A stretch of DNA of 64,000 bases from Escherichia phage 236Ecol005PP. Shown here piece after piece: positions 10,410 to 19,083 of this stretch; position 1 is the first letter of the stretch, and every line of letters starts with the position of its first letter. A program made the translations under genes and the position numbers. The stretch is taken from the sequence record PP434423.1. One strand, given 5' to 3'. Below the pieces are notes generated by a model that did not search any database, had not been told where the DNA came from, and saw only the letters and a program-made list of their open reading frames with translations.

Positions 10410-11156
10410 TTATCCTCGGATAAGTTTAAAAATTGAACAATTTAGCGGGTATCCTCTTTTCAGTTTAAGTTTATCAATAAAAGACAAGTTTTGATACCGC
10501 TCTACACCTTGAATAATTTTATCACACATATCATATTGCATTTCTGCTTCTGACAACTTTTTCACAGTTTTCCAATCCGAGCCTTTAAGAAGAACGTTCA
10601 ATTTAACAACTTCAGCGCCTTCTGCTATACGAGAACCATCAATACGAGCTTTGAGTGCTATAATCATTAGCTTAACGTCAGAAGTTTGTTTTGATTTAGA
10701 AAGCTGAGAAATGTGCTCAATTCGGTTTTCACGTTTTTTCTGTATAGCTTTAATTTGATTATAAGTCTTTTTGATTTTAGCCCATTTCTTTTCATCTAAA
10801 TTTAGTTTATGAACTTTTTTCGCAGATGAACGACCAATTCGCAAAGCAAATAAATCACGCTTTTCAATCAACTCTTCTAAAGTATAATCAGAACGAAATG
10901 TATTATACTTTTTCTTTACTGCAATAACATTCCCTTTAATGTATCCAACGTTATTATCAAAACGTTCTAACGATAATTTCTCTCCTTCAATACGATTATC
11001 AAAAGGTTCTCCTGAGTAAGCGCAAACTTTCTGATCTAAAATGTTCTTAATGTAATTGAAGTCTAAGTTAAAATCTTTAGAACGTCTTTTGGCAGATGCC
11101 TGAGTATGCTCTAAACGACGTGTAATTTTACGAATTTGATTTTTAGACAGTTTCAT
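10410..11156 (-). CDS. srd: Srd-like protein
   Basis: 248-aa basic protein; size and position match recalled T4 srd. Confidence 0.5.
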   Translation of the reverse strand: MKLSKNQIRKITRRLEHTQASAKRRSKDFNLDFNYIKNILDQKVCAYSGEPFDNRIEGEKLSLERFDNNVGYIKGNVIAVKKKYNTFRSDYTLEELIEKRDLFALRIGRSSAKKVHKLNLDEKKWAKIKKTYNQIKAIQKKRENRIEHISQLSKSKQTSDVKLMIIALKARIDGSRIAEGAEVVKLNVLLKGSDWKTVKKLSEAEMQYDMCDKIIQGVERYQNLSFIDKLKLKRGYPLNCSIFKLIRG

Positions 11157-11183
11157 ATTTTTCTCACGAACGGTTAACTACTT

Positions 11184-11217
11184 ATACTATATCATTTTTA
11201 CTTCAGCTTGTAAACAA
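11184..11217 (-). promoter_or_regulatory. T4-type early promoter (GTTTAC / TATAGT)
   Basis: plus gtaaac 11210-11215, actata 11186-11191. Confidence 0.45.
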
Positions 11218-11271
11218 CTTTATGAAAAATGCTTTAAAACTTTCATGGTATAATGAATCTAAGTCCTTCCA

Positions 11272-11874
11272 TTATAGATTAAATCCTTCAAAATCAAGAG
11301 TATAGATAGTGTATGTTGAATACTTTTTATACTCATATCTATCTGCAATTCTAAATACACTTCCAGCTGGTATCATTACTTCTTGTTCATCTGAAACTAA
11401 TTCCATATTACGATAGCGATGGCTATCCGGAAACTTAAAACTTGGACTGTATTCTTTACAACGTAGAGCTTTTATAGCATACTCCTGAAAATTAAATACC
11501 ATAGGAGCTTTGAATTCAAAAATAACTTGTGTGTTGTATTCTAATCCAGAAGCAAAATGCAGAGCTATATTTTTATCATATGAAGCTGATACTACTTTAT
11601 CGAATGTAATAATATCAATTCCTTGATTTAACGCCTGCTTAGTCTCAACTGGAACACCTCTCCAAAGAGGTTTATCATTTGGAACCAAACGAGATTTGAT
11701 TATTTCATTTAACCAAGAATGATCGTCTGGCTTATTAGTAATACAATGAATTAAAAGTTCAATTTCAGATAAATTAAATCCTTCAGAAAGTAATTCTTCA
11801 CGAATAGAAGCACGCACCGATGCATCCATTGATTTGATTTTAAAATCTTTTAATTGCATTGCTGAATATTTCAT
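11272..11874 (-). CDS. modA: ADP-ribosyltransferase ModA
   Basis: 200 aa; R ... S-x-S ... EQEVMIP (R-S-EXE ART motifs). Confidence 0.6.
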   Translation of the reverse strand: MKYSAMQLKDFKIKSMDASVRASIREELLSEGFNLSEIELLIHCITNKPDDHSWLNEIIKSRLVPNDKPLWRGVPVETKQALNQGIDIITFDKVVSASYDKNIALHFASGLEYNTQVIFEFKAPMVFNFQEYAIKALRCKEYSPSFKFPDSHRYRNMELVSDEQEVMIPAGSVFRIADRYEYKKYSTYTIYTLDFEGFNL

Positions 11875-12494
11875 TCAACTACCTCAATATCATACACTTT
11901 AAATGTTCCAAACGAATCGTGTAATTTTTCTTTTGAAATAGAAGTTATTTTATACTTTCCAATTGGAATCATCCATTCTTGTTCATGTACAATCATCATT
12001 AAGTTATCAGTACGTTCTGAATCTAATCCATCAGTATCTTCATATGTATACTTAAACTCAGTATTAGGAGAAGAAAGTATAATATCGCTGATATGGTCAG
12101 AGTAATTAAAAGCTTTATCAGTTTTTAAGCGAAGTACTATTTCAGTGAAATATTCAGCATAAGAAAAAGAACACGCTGTATGCAAACTAGTAGTAAATGA
12201 ATCTACTCTGTTCGTTGAAAACACTTCTCCAACTTGTAAATCTTTAATGAGTTCTTTTGTCGATTTTGATATACCACGATATAGCTGATAAGGCGATTTA
12301 GTTAAATGCTTTTTAACGATTTTATTCAACTGCCGATGAAGAGCTTCATTCTTTTTGGCTTCCATGCATTGCCAAAGAACTGACTGCTCAAAGTCAGTAA
12401 ATTTTTCACAGACCTTTTTATACATATCATATTGAAAATCAACGCTTTCAGCTTTTATAGATAACTGTTCAACATCTGCGGGATTAATAATCAT
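11871..12494 (-). CDS. modB: ADP-ribosyltransferase ModB
   Basis: 207 aa from second ATG; R ... STT ... EQEWMIP motifs; paralog of modA. Confidence 0.6.
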   Translation of the reverse strand: MIINPADVEQLSIKAESVDFQYDMYKKVCEKFTDFEQSVLWQCMEAKKNEALHRQLNKIVKKHLTKSPYQLYRGISKSTKELIKDLQVGEVFSTNRVDSFTTSLHTACSFSYAEYFTEIVLRLKTDKAFNYSDHISDIILSSPNTEFKYTYEDTDGLDSERTDNLMMIVHEQEWMIPIGKYKITSISKEKLHDSFGTFKVYDIEVVE

Positions 12495-12514
12495 GATAGC
12501 CTCCATATACTTCA

Positions 12515-12553
12515 GAAGCTATCATATCATTGTTAGAAAGGAAAGTAAACAAC
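12515..12553 (-). promoter_or_regulatory. T4-type early promoter (GTTTAC / TATGAT)
   Basis: plus gtaaac 12545-12550. Confidence 0.4.
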
Positions 12554-12561
12554 TTTTTGAA

Positions 12562-12744
12562 TTATTTTGCCCAGGGAGCCCAGGGCGGAGGGTCAAGATG
12601 GTATGAAGCTAGTTCTTCTAGAAGAGCATCTGGGGCTTCAATTCCATAATTCTGTAATACTATACGGTACTCTTTCTTATAATCACTAGAATCATTCTGG
12701 ATATTCGTAGAATGATTATCTTCTAACATCTCAAATAAATCCAT
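12562..12744 (-). CDS. hypothetical protein
   Basis: 60-aa ORF. Confidence 0.4.
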   Translation of the reverse strand: MDLFEMLEDNHSTNIQNDSSDYKKEYRIVLQNYGIEAPDALLEELASYHLDPPPWAPWAK

Positions 12745-12752
12745 ATTAATTC

Positions 12753-13223
12753 CTAGCGATAAAAACCAAAATAACGATTAGCTTCAATAATCTTTCTTTC
12801 TTCTTCGGACATTCTCCAGCGTAGTCCAACATCAAAATGAGCCCAGACCATCTTAACGAATGCATTTATATCTTTAATATCTTCAATAATGAATGTTTTA
12901 CTTTTAGAAGGTTGACTCGCTAATTTAACTTTATCGTCTTCAAACAGGTCAAAAAGACCATATTCATGAGCTCTTTTATAGCCTTTAATAGTTAAAGCTT
13001 CAGAAGAAGAAAATGGTGAATCAGTATTCTGCAAAATATCTTCAGTATGCTTTATAATTAGAATAACATTTTCTGGATATTTTCTTTCTTTTATATCTTT
13101 AATTAAAATATCCGGATTTTCTGCTAAAGGAATAATTAATGAGCACTCTTTATCAAGTGTATTTACTGATTTACCTTCTTTAGACATAAATTCTATTGAA
13201 TAATGTTTTGCTACTTCAATCAT
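12753..13223 (-). CDS. hypothetical protein
   Basis: 156-aa ORF. Confidence 0.5.
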   Translation of the reverse strand: MIEVAKHYSIEFMSKEGKSVNTLDKECSLIIPLAENPDILIKDIKERKYPENVILIIKHTEDILQNTDSPFSSSEALTIKGYKRAHEYGLFDLFEDDKVKLASQPSKSKTFIIEDIKDINAFVKMVWAHFDVGLRWRMSEEERKIIEANRYFGFYR

Positions 13224-13380
13224 GTGATTTCCTCTTGCCTACTAATGGGCCGTCAGGAATTTTGTTTTCCTGGATATATTTCTCATTTTCTTCCATCATT
13301 TTACTGCCAATTTTAAGAAGCAAATCCAATGCTTCATTTGCTTTAGCCTTGGCCTCTTCTAGCATCATATCTCTGTTCAT
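13216..13380 (-). CDS. small hypothetical protein (sub-threshold ORF)
   Basis: 54 codons, ATGA overlaps with both neighbours. Confidence 0.3.
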   Translation of the reverse strand: MNRDMMLEEAKAKANEALDLLLKIGSKMMEENEKYIQENKIPDGPLVGKRKSHD

Positions 13381-13580
13381 GATTTATCCCCATAGATGTC
13401 TCTCATCAATTTAAGCGCTGAGCGTTCTAATTTCTTTTCTTTCTCAACGCTAATCATTGATTTCATCCATTCTTCTGATTCGTTCTGCATTTCTTTATTT
13501 GCCTGTTCAACCCAACCATCATCAATGTACATTGAGTTTGGTCTACTGAACCATTCAAACATTTTCTTCAGAACTTTCAT
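13377..13580 (-). CDS. hypothetical protein
   Basis: 67-aa ORF. Confidence 0.4.
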   Translation of the reverse strand: MKVLKKMFEWFSRPNSMYIDDGWVEQANKEMQNESEEWMKSMISVEKEKKLERSALKLMRDIYGDKS

Positions 13581-14052
13581 TTGTTTTACCTAAAACAACA
13601 GTAGGAGCATCATCAAATTCATGAATTTTTAGCAAATTTGGATGTAAACTATTCCATACAGAAGAAATAAAGTATGATAAAGCATCTTCACTCACAATTA
13701 TAAATTTATTTCCTTTATCTATTTTCCAGCTATATAGTGAATCGTACGAATAAAAAGATAAAGGATTATCATTATATTGTTCTGCGCTAACATTAATGTA
13801 TTCGGATTTAGTAAATGCTTCAATTGCTCTAAACGGAATATTTGGTACAGTTTCAATGATACCAATCTTTTTAAGCTTTATTTCAGCATCTTCTGGAACT
13901 GGCATTGAAACGAAATTTTCTACGAGATACATTGGGTCACAATAACCCTTATCAATCATTACTGCTACTGTAATTGGAACATCTTTAGCAAACGACATGC
14001 TATCACTGCTAATATACATTTCAAACAAAATCGCTTCCATAATTTTCCTCAA
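13555..14052 (-). CDS. hypothetical protein
   Basis: 165-aa ORF. Confidence 0.5.
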   Translation of the reverse strand: MRKIMEAILFEMYISSDSMSFAKDVPITVAVMIDKGYCDPMYLVENFVSMPVPEDAEIKLKKIGIIETVPNIPFRAIEAFTKSEYINVSAEQYNDNPLSFYSYDSLYSWKIDKGNKFIIVSEDALSYFISSVWNSLHPNLLKIHEFDDAPTVVLGKTNESSEENV

Positions 14053-14390
14053 TCACAAGATGTAGATGAACAACTAGAATCACAAGAACTTCCACACGAA
14101 TCGCCCGTCCATACATGAACAGGAACATTAGTGTCATATGAATCAGAACTAGACTGTGTATTCTGTGTATTAGATGATGTAGTAGGTGTTGACCAGCGCC
14201 AAGGATTTTTATAATATTCTTGGGCTTCTTCATAAGTCATAGTAACTGCTTCTACTGTTCCATCTCCCATATAAACATATTCAACTACAGTTAAAGGAAG
14301 GTAGTCATTTGAAATAGGAACTACGCCTTCTCCAGGAGCTGTAGAGAAAAAATCCGTAAAGAAACTTTTAAACCAGTTAAAGATAAACAT
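14049..14390 (-). CDS. hypothetical protein with Ser/Cys-rich C-terminal tail
   Basis: 113 aa; tail [18 protein letters not shown]. Confidence 0.5.
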   Translation of the reverse strand: MFIFNWFKSFFTDFFSTAPGEGVVPISNDYLPLTVVEYVYMGDGTVEAVTMTYEEAQEYYKNPWRWSTPTTSSNTQNTQSSSDSYDTNVPVHVWTGDSCGSSCDSSCSSTSCD

Positions 14391-14596
14391 TACAAAAAGC
14401 CTCTTTTGAATTCAACTTGCTTCTCGCCATAATCATATCGAATCTCTGCATTAAATTCGACAGAACCATCTGCATACATCATAAATGAATGCACAATAAC
14501 TTCTGTAGACCATGGCTGTAGTTCATATTTCTTCATTACATGCCGTGAAATGATAATATCTAAATCTTCATTTGGTTTAATCCAGCGATTTAACAT
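14390..14596 (-). CDS. hypothetical protein
   Basis: 68-aa ORF with GAGGAG SD, directly downstream of early promoter. Confidence 0.5.
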   Translation of the reverse strand: MLNRWIKPNEDLDIIISRHVMKKYELQPWSTEVIVHSFMMYADGSVEFNAEIRYDYGEKQVEFKRGFL

Positions 14597-14619
14597 AGTG
14601 CTCTCCTCTATAAGATAAT

Positions 14620-14655
14620 TCTATTATACCATACTCATTTTGGAAAGTAAACCGG
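14620..14655 (-). promoter_or_regulatory. T4-type early promoter (GTTTAC / TATAAT)
   Basis: plus gtaaac 14647-14652, attata 14623-14628. Confidence 0.55.
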
Positions 14656-14662
14656 TAAAATG

Positions 14663-14687
14663 AAAAAAGGACTCCCGAAGGAGTCCT
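14663..14687 (-). terminator. rho-independent terminator after soc (UUCG hairpin plus U-run)
   Basis: ggactcc-cgaa-ggagtcc with A-run on plus strand. Confidence 0.6.
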
Positions 14688-14694
14688 TGAATTA

Positions 14695-14940
14695 TTAACC
14701 GCCAGTTACTTTCCACAAATCTTCGTTTGCAGCAATCCATTCAGTACGTTGATTTTCTTCATATACAGTAGTATATGCTGCTTTTTCTGAAGGGAACGTC
14801 TGGTAATGAGCGCCAGAAATTTTGTGAACGTCAGAATAAAGAGGGAAAGCTACAGAAATTTCCTTTCCTTCAATTTTCTTATTTCCATCTAATTTCTGCT
14901 CAAACGTTTTGATATTAACATAACCGCGAGTACTAGCCAT
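14695..14940 (-). CDS. soc: small outer capsid protein Soc
   Basis: 80 aa; sequence MASTRGYVNIKTFEQKLDGNKK... matches recalled T4 Soc. Confidence 0.9.
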   Translation of the reverse strand: MASTRGYVNIKTFEQKLDGNKKIEGKEISVAFPLYSDVHKISGAHYQTFPSEKAAYTTVYEENQRTEWIAANEDLWKVTGG

Positions 14941-14970
14941 GTAATTCTCCTTTTATTTAAATTACATGAT

Positions 14971-14978
14971 TATTTATA
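14971..14978 (-). promoter_or_regulatory. late promoter TATAAATA (for soc)
   Basis: plus tatttata about 30 nt upstream of soc ATG. Confidence 0.55.
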
Positions 14979-15648
14979 CATCTTCTTTTCTGAATAAGTA
15001 AATTAAATTCTTAAGAGCTGAACTTGTTACATCATATTTTCCTTTAAGCGCCTTTACAACCGGGCCTGTTGCTGGTTTACCTAAAGAAACCCATAACTCG
15101 TGTATTTCGCTTTTAAGTGGTTCATGCCAATGCGGTGCTTTTCTTTGCGCCCTTGAAGTTCCTTCTGAAATCTTTTTATTTCCGCCATTTGAATAAAACT
15201 TTTTCATTACTTCAGATTGCCGAGCTTTTCGTTCTGCTCTATTTTGGGCTATACGTTGTGAATTCTTCATCCGAGTTTTTGTTTCAGGGTTGTTTAATCT
15301 AAGTTTATGTTCTAATCGTTGTTGCTCAGTCCATTTTCTTCCTTCTCCACCCTGACCACCAGGAGAAATATTAATGCAAGTATCTGGGTGTTTACGTTTT
15401 AATGCAGATATTAGCTCGCGTTCAACTTCATATGATTTTTCTCTAGAACCATGGCATTTTGACCAACGTATTTTATAATTAAAACCATACTTACGATATA
15501 TGTTCCATAGTATTTTGCCTGAACCCGGATATTTATCATCATATGGATTTACAATAAATGATTCATGTTTTCCAGCGTACCAAAAGACGCCTTTCGGCGT
15601 CCTAACTTTTACTATATATGTTCTATAAAATTTTTGTTTAATACCCAT
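14974..15648 (-). CDS. segF: GIY-YIG homing endonuclease (SegF-like)
   Basis: GIY-YIG N-terminal motifs; 224 aa from internal ATG; lies between soc and 56 as segF does in T4. Confidence 0.65.
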   Translation of the reverse strand: MGIKQKFYRTYIVKVRTPKGVFWYAGKHESFIVNPYDDKYPGSGKILWNIYRKYGFNYKIRWSKCHGSREKSYEVERELISALKRKHPDTCINISPGGQGGEGRKWTEQQRLEHKLRLNNPETKTRMKNSQRIAQNRAERKARQSEVMKKFYSNGGNKKISEGTSRAQRKAPHWHEPLKSEIHELWVSLGKPATGPVVKALKGKYDVTSSALKNLIYLFRKEDV

Positions 15649-16153
15649 TATCTTGACGTTCAAAATTATGTTTATTTTTCAAATAATAAAGTTTAAAAAT
15701 TTCTTCCGCATTCATTCCAAGGCCAGCAAACATATTTAATACGAAATGAAATATATCCACAAGCTCAAATTTAATTTCGAGCTGATCTTCTGGGGACATT
15801 TCATCAATGCGTTTTTCTTGCGCTTCAATATAACGTGCTTTCCATTTTTTCCAAACTGCCGATGCATCTTTTTCACCACGTGACATTTCACCAAGAGAAG
15901 TCAGAAGTTCGCGGAATTCATCATCAATACAGTCTTTTTGTTCACGCATCCAAGAAACAACATCACCGGCAGTTTCTAATTTATCTGGATGATAGCAGTA
16001 TTCGCGGTCATTTGCTAAACGAACTTGCAGAGATTTCTGCATATCAAGCATAACTTGCAGTGGGTCTTTTTCATCACCGAGAATATCCCAGTATTCGTTT
16101 TGAGCTTTATCAGCGCCTTCGATCAGTTGACTACATTCGTTAAAGTATGCCAT
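15638..16153 (-). CDS. 56: dCTPase/dCDPase
   Basis: 171 aa from ATG at 16153 (MAYFNECSQL); matches recalled gp56 size and position. Confidence 0.8.
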   Translation of the reverse strand: MAYFNECSQLIEGADKAQNEYWDILGDEKDPLQVMLDMQKSLQVRLANDREYCYHPDKLETAGDVVSWMREQKDCIDDEFRELLTSLGEMSRGEKDASAVWKKWKARYIEAQEKRIDEMSPEDQLEIKFELVDIFHFVLNMFAGLGMNAEEIFKLYYLKNKHNFERQDNGY

Positions 16154-16184
16154 TATTTTTCCTTTCAATTCATGAGTTAGTAGA

Positions 16185-16216
16185 TTAATTATACAATAAA
16201 TATATAAAGCAATAAG
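16185..16216 (-). promoter_or_regulatory. middle promoter (MotA box ATTGCTTTA plus TATAAT) upstream of gene 56
   Basis: plus aagcaa 16207-16212 and attata 16188-16193. Confidence 0.45.
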
Positions 16217-16224
16217 GAGGATAT

Positions 16225-16425
16225 ATGGTACAAAAATTAATGGCACTTGTTAATGCCATAAAAGGTAATAAAAAACGTATAGCTTTTACTATTTCTGCTA
16301 TGATAGGAATTTTACTTTGGAATTTTGTTTTATCGCCAGTTGCTATTGCTCATGGCGTTAGTATTCCAGTAGTTACTCTTGATACATTCGTAGATTTAGC
16401 ATTTGCTTTAGTTGGGTTAATTTAA
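16225..16425 (+). CDS. small membrane protein on the plus strand
   Basis: 66 aa, two hydrophobic segments; strong SD AAGGAGG 6 nt before ATG; stop overlaps gene 61 stop region. Confidence 0.5.
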   Translation: MVQKLMALVNAIKGNKKRIAFTISAMIGILLWNFVLSPVAIAHGVSIPVVTLDTFVDLAFALVGLI

Positions 16426-17450
16426 ATCTTAGCATATTTAGATAGCCGCATTTTAGCCATTAACCCCTGGGCAATATTATTTTTCATATATTCCATAATT
16501 TGTTCAGGGGTTGCACCTTCCTTTCTAATCATATCATTAACATCTTTTGATTTCCAGGGAGATTTATCCCAAAACATAACCCTTTCTCCTGCATCAACTA
16601 ATTTAGTCATTCGTTTAATAGTGTCAGGGTGACGAGGTTCATTATCTAAGACCCACACTCGTCTATCTTTAAATGGAACAACTTCTAGGTCTAATTGACC
16701 ACCCGTAATAGCTATACCATTTTCAATAAAAAGTGAATCTATAGGTCCTTCTAGAACATATACATCACCATTTTTAACTCGTTCGACTCCATATATTTTT
16801 GTTGCCTCAGGATAAGCTTTGATGGTGATATATTTTTGAGGAGCATCTTTCTTTAATGCACGTCCTTGAAAAGACTCAGCTTTTCCATTAGCATTATAAA
16901 TTGGAATAACAAGACGAGGCTCAGGTATTTCCTTTTTATATGTTCCCGGTGCTATGCTATTAACTAATTTAGGCCATTCGGTTGTAAACCAAAGATATTT
17001 CCATTTGTCCTTTGGAATACAACGAGCTTTTACGTATTTTATAATTGGATGGTCTTCCGCCAGTTTATCTAATCTAATGCATGACGGAAGAGATTTAATT
17101 ATTTTCTTCTCAGGTTGTTTAGGAAGTTCTTTAGGTTTTTCTACTGGACGACTTTTACCTTTTTCTTTTCTTATTTCAAAGATATACTCACGATATAAAT
17201 CAGGTTCAAACTCCTTTAAATATATTCCGATTGGTGCATGATAGTTGCAGTTATAACAATGAATATTTCCTTCATTATTATCGCCATAATACCATCCACG
17301 GGCTTTATTTTGGTCGGTTTTTGAATCTCCACAAACAGGGCATCTAAACCGCAATTTAAAAGTTGAACTATTATTTACTTGTGTGAATTTAGGTAAATGA
17401 GCTAATGCACGGTATGCAAACTCATTATCAATCCAAGGTATTGATGACAT
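16422..17450 (-). CDS. 61: DNA primase
   Basis: 342 aa; N-terminal zinc-binding CPVCGDS...CYNC and Toprim-like core. Confidence 0.9.
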   Translation of the reverse strand: MSSIPWIDNEFAYRALAHLPKFTQVNNSSTFKLRFRCPVCGDSKTDQNKARGWYYGDNNEGNIHCYNCNYHAPIGIYLKEFEPDLYREYIFEIRKEKGKSRPVEKPKELPKQPEKKIIKSLPSCIRLDKLAEDHPIIKYVKARCIPKDKWKYLWFTTEWPKLVNSIAPGTYKKEIPEPRLVIPIYNANGKAESFQGRALKKDAPQKYITIKAYPEATKIYGVERVKNGDVYVLEGPIDSLFIENGIAITGGQLDLEVVPFKDRRVWVLDNEPRHPDTIKRMTKLVDAGERVMFWDKSPWKSKDVNDMIRKEGATPEQIMEYMKNNIAQGLMAKMRLSKYAKI

Positions 17451-17452
17451 TT

Positions 17453-17617
17453 TTACTCTTCTTTTTCTTTAGATTCCTCTTTTTTCTTTTTAGGAATCTG
17501 TTCAGGACCTTTATTTACTACAGCGCCTGACGTTGTTCCGGTAGAGATATTTTCAGGATTACCGCCTGAATCTCCAGCGACCATATCTTCTTTAATAAAT
17601 TCTTTATATGTTTTCAT
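17453..17617 (-). CDS. small hypothetical protein (61.1 position, sub-threshold ORF)
   Basis: 54 codons, MKTYKEFIKEDMVAGDSGG...; stop 2 nt before gene 61 start. Confidence 0.35.
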   Translation of the reverse strand: MKTYKEFIKEDMVAGDSGGNPENISTGTTSGAVVNKGPEQIPKKKKEESKEKEE

Positions 17618-17618
17618 A

Positions 17619-18230
17619 TTAACCTCTATTCATAAAAGCATTAAAAATTTGGTCATCAATAGACTGTTTTTCTGATGGTAATTCATATCCACATATTACA
17701 ATTTTGTGATCAATATCAAAATACACAGAAGCAATATGATTAATGATGTTTTCAGTAAAGTCTAAATCAACATCAATATCTTTTTGACCACAGCCCAAAG
17801 GATAAATAATGCGAGTAATTCGATTATCTTTAACAAAGATTCCACCGACATACTCTGTGCTGCGTTTAAAGTCTACACGCCGACGAAATGAAAAATATTC
17901 AGGCTCTTTATGAGCTCGGCTCATAGGACACAACGAGTAACTAGAATAAGAGATGTCAAATCCTACGCCTTCAATATGAGCCAAAGTATCATGATTAAAC
18001 CAATTATAATCGTACGCCAAATCCATTAAATTATAATATGTAAAAGGCACCGGATTAACATCATTAGTCACAAGCATGTAATTAGCAACTGCTATAATTT
18101 CATTGTTTTTAACGAATACAAACCGCGATTGATGTGAATGACCTGGACCCGCGTTTTCACGATTAATGATATAACACTGGGCACCTTTATATTTGTATGT
18201 ATCTTTGCACTTGTGCATTTGATAGAGCAT
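17619..18230 (-). CDS. hypothetical protein (61.2 position)
   Basis: 203-aa ORF. Confidence 0.5.
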   Translation of the reverse strand: MLYQMHKCKDTYKYKGAQCYIINRENAGPGHSHQSRFVFVKNNEIIAVANYMLVTNDVNPVPFTYYNLMDLAYDYNWFNHDTLAHIEGVGFDISYSSYSLCPMSRAHKEPEYFSFRRRVDFKRSTEYVGGIFVKDNRITRIIYPLGCGQKDIDVDLDFTENIINHIASVYFDIDHKIVICGYELPSEKQSIDDQIFNAFMNRG

Positions 18231-18523
18231 TATTCACCTACCACTTCAGCAATGATATTTTTATTATTAAAGTTTTTATCGCAATATAGAACATAATTAT
18301 ACTGCATTACACCACCAGACTTAAGCTGTTTTTGCACTTCAGCTTTCATTTCAGGACGATCACGCTCAACGATATTCATAATATCCGCTTCAATTTGAGT
18401 TTCAACTTCAGTCTGATCTGCAGTCATAGACCATTCACACAAATCTTTGTCATAACCCGCCATAGCAGGCTGAGCAGCACAAGAAGATAAAGCAAAAATT
18501 GCAGCAAAGATAAATTTTTTCAT
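18230..18523 (-). CDS. sp: Spackle periplasmic protein
   Basis: 97 aa with signal peptide MKKFIFAAIFALSSCAAQPAMA; matches recalled T4 Sp. Confidence 0.8.
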   Translation of the reverse strand: MKKFIFAAIFALSSCAAQPAMAGYDKDLCEWSMTADQTEVETQIEADIMNIVERDRPEMKAEVQKQLKSGGVMQYNYVLYCDKNFNNKNIIAEVVGE

Positions 18524-18583
18524 GATAATCTCCTCAGTAGTTTATGTTTATAAAGTATCTCAATTTCCAATAAAAGTAAACAG

Positions 18584-18841
18584 TTATTTTAAAACTTCTG
18601 CATAATCACATGTTACAAACTGTTTCTCTAACTTGGCGATTTTACGAAAGTATCTTTTGCATTGGCGAATCTGCCGCTTCGTAGGGCGCACAGCAAACTT
18701 AATAAATTCCACTCGACCAAATGGAGGACTTTCTTCTGCTGGAATATCTAACACCAATTCCCATGTATCTGCAACAAGTGCTTTGAATTGAGTATTTTTC
18801 CTGACATTATACGGAGTAGGTTTAAATAAAACAATGCGCAT
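18584..18841 (-). CDS. hypothetical protein (61.4 position)
   Basis: ORF trimmed to internal ATG to avoid 41-nt overlap with dmd. Confidence 0.4.
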   Translation of the reverse strand: MRIVLFKPTPYNVRKNTQFKALVADTWELVLDIPAEESPPFGRVEFIKFAVRPTKRQIRQCKRYFRKIAKLEKQFVTCDYAEVLK

Positions 18842-18842
18842 A

Positions 18843-19025
18843 TTATCCTCGGCAATCCACTTCGCATACTTTCTTGTCATCAATGAAAGCTTTAACTAGT
18901 GCTTTATTAACTTCAGCATATTGAGTAGTAGCCCATTGAACGTCATCTTTCATCATTGTGATTTCTTTAGTAAACATGCTTTCATTCTTAAACCACCCCA
19001 TAAAAACTACCTTTACCAATTCCAT
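18843..19025 (-). CDS. dmd: Dmd (discriminator of mRNA degradation; antitoxin against RnlA/LsoA)
   Basis: 60 aa MELVKVVFMGWFKNESMF...; matches recalled T4 Dmd. Confidence 0.7.
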   Translation of the reverse strand: MELVKVVFMGWFKNESMFTKEITMMKDDVQWATTQYAEVNKALVKAFIDDKKVCEVDCRG

Positions 19026-19083
19026 AACAATCTCCTCATTTAACCAACAAGACTACTATACCATAGTCTTGTCAGCTTGTAAA

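Noticed and set aside
11228-11255. Plus-strand MotA-box-like sequence (AAATGCTTTA, 12 nt, TATAAT)
   Set aside because: Would transcribe antisense into modA with no plus-strand gene downstream; probably a chance match in AT-rich DNA, though an antisense RNA cannot be excluded.
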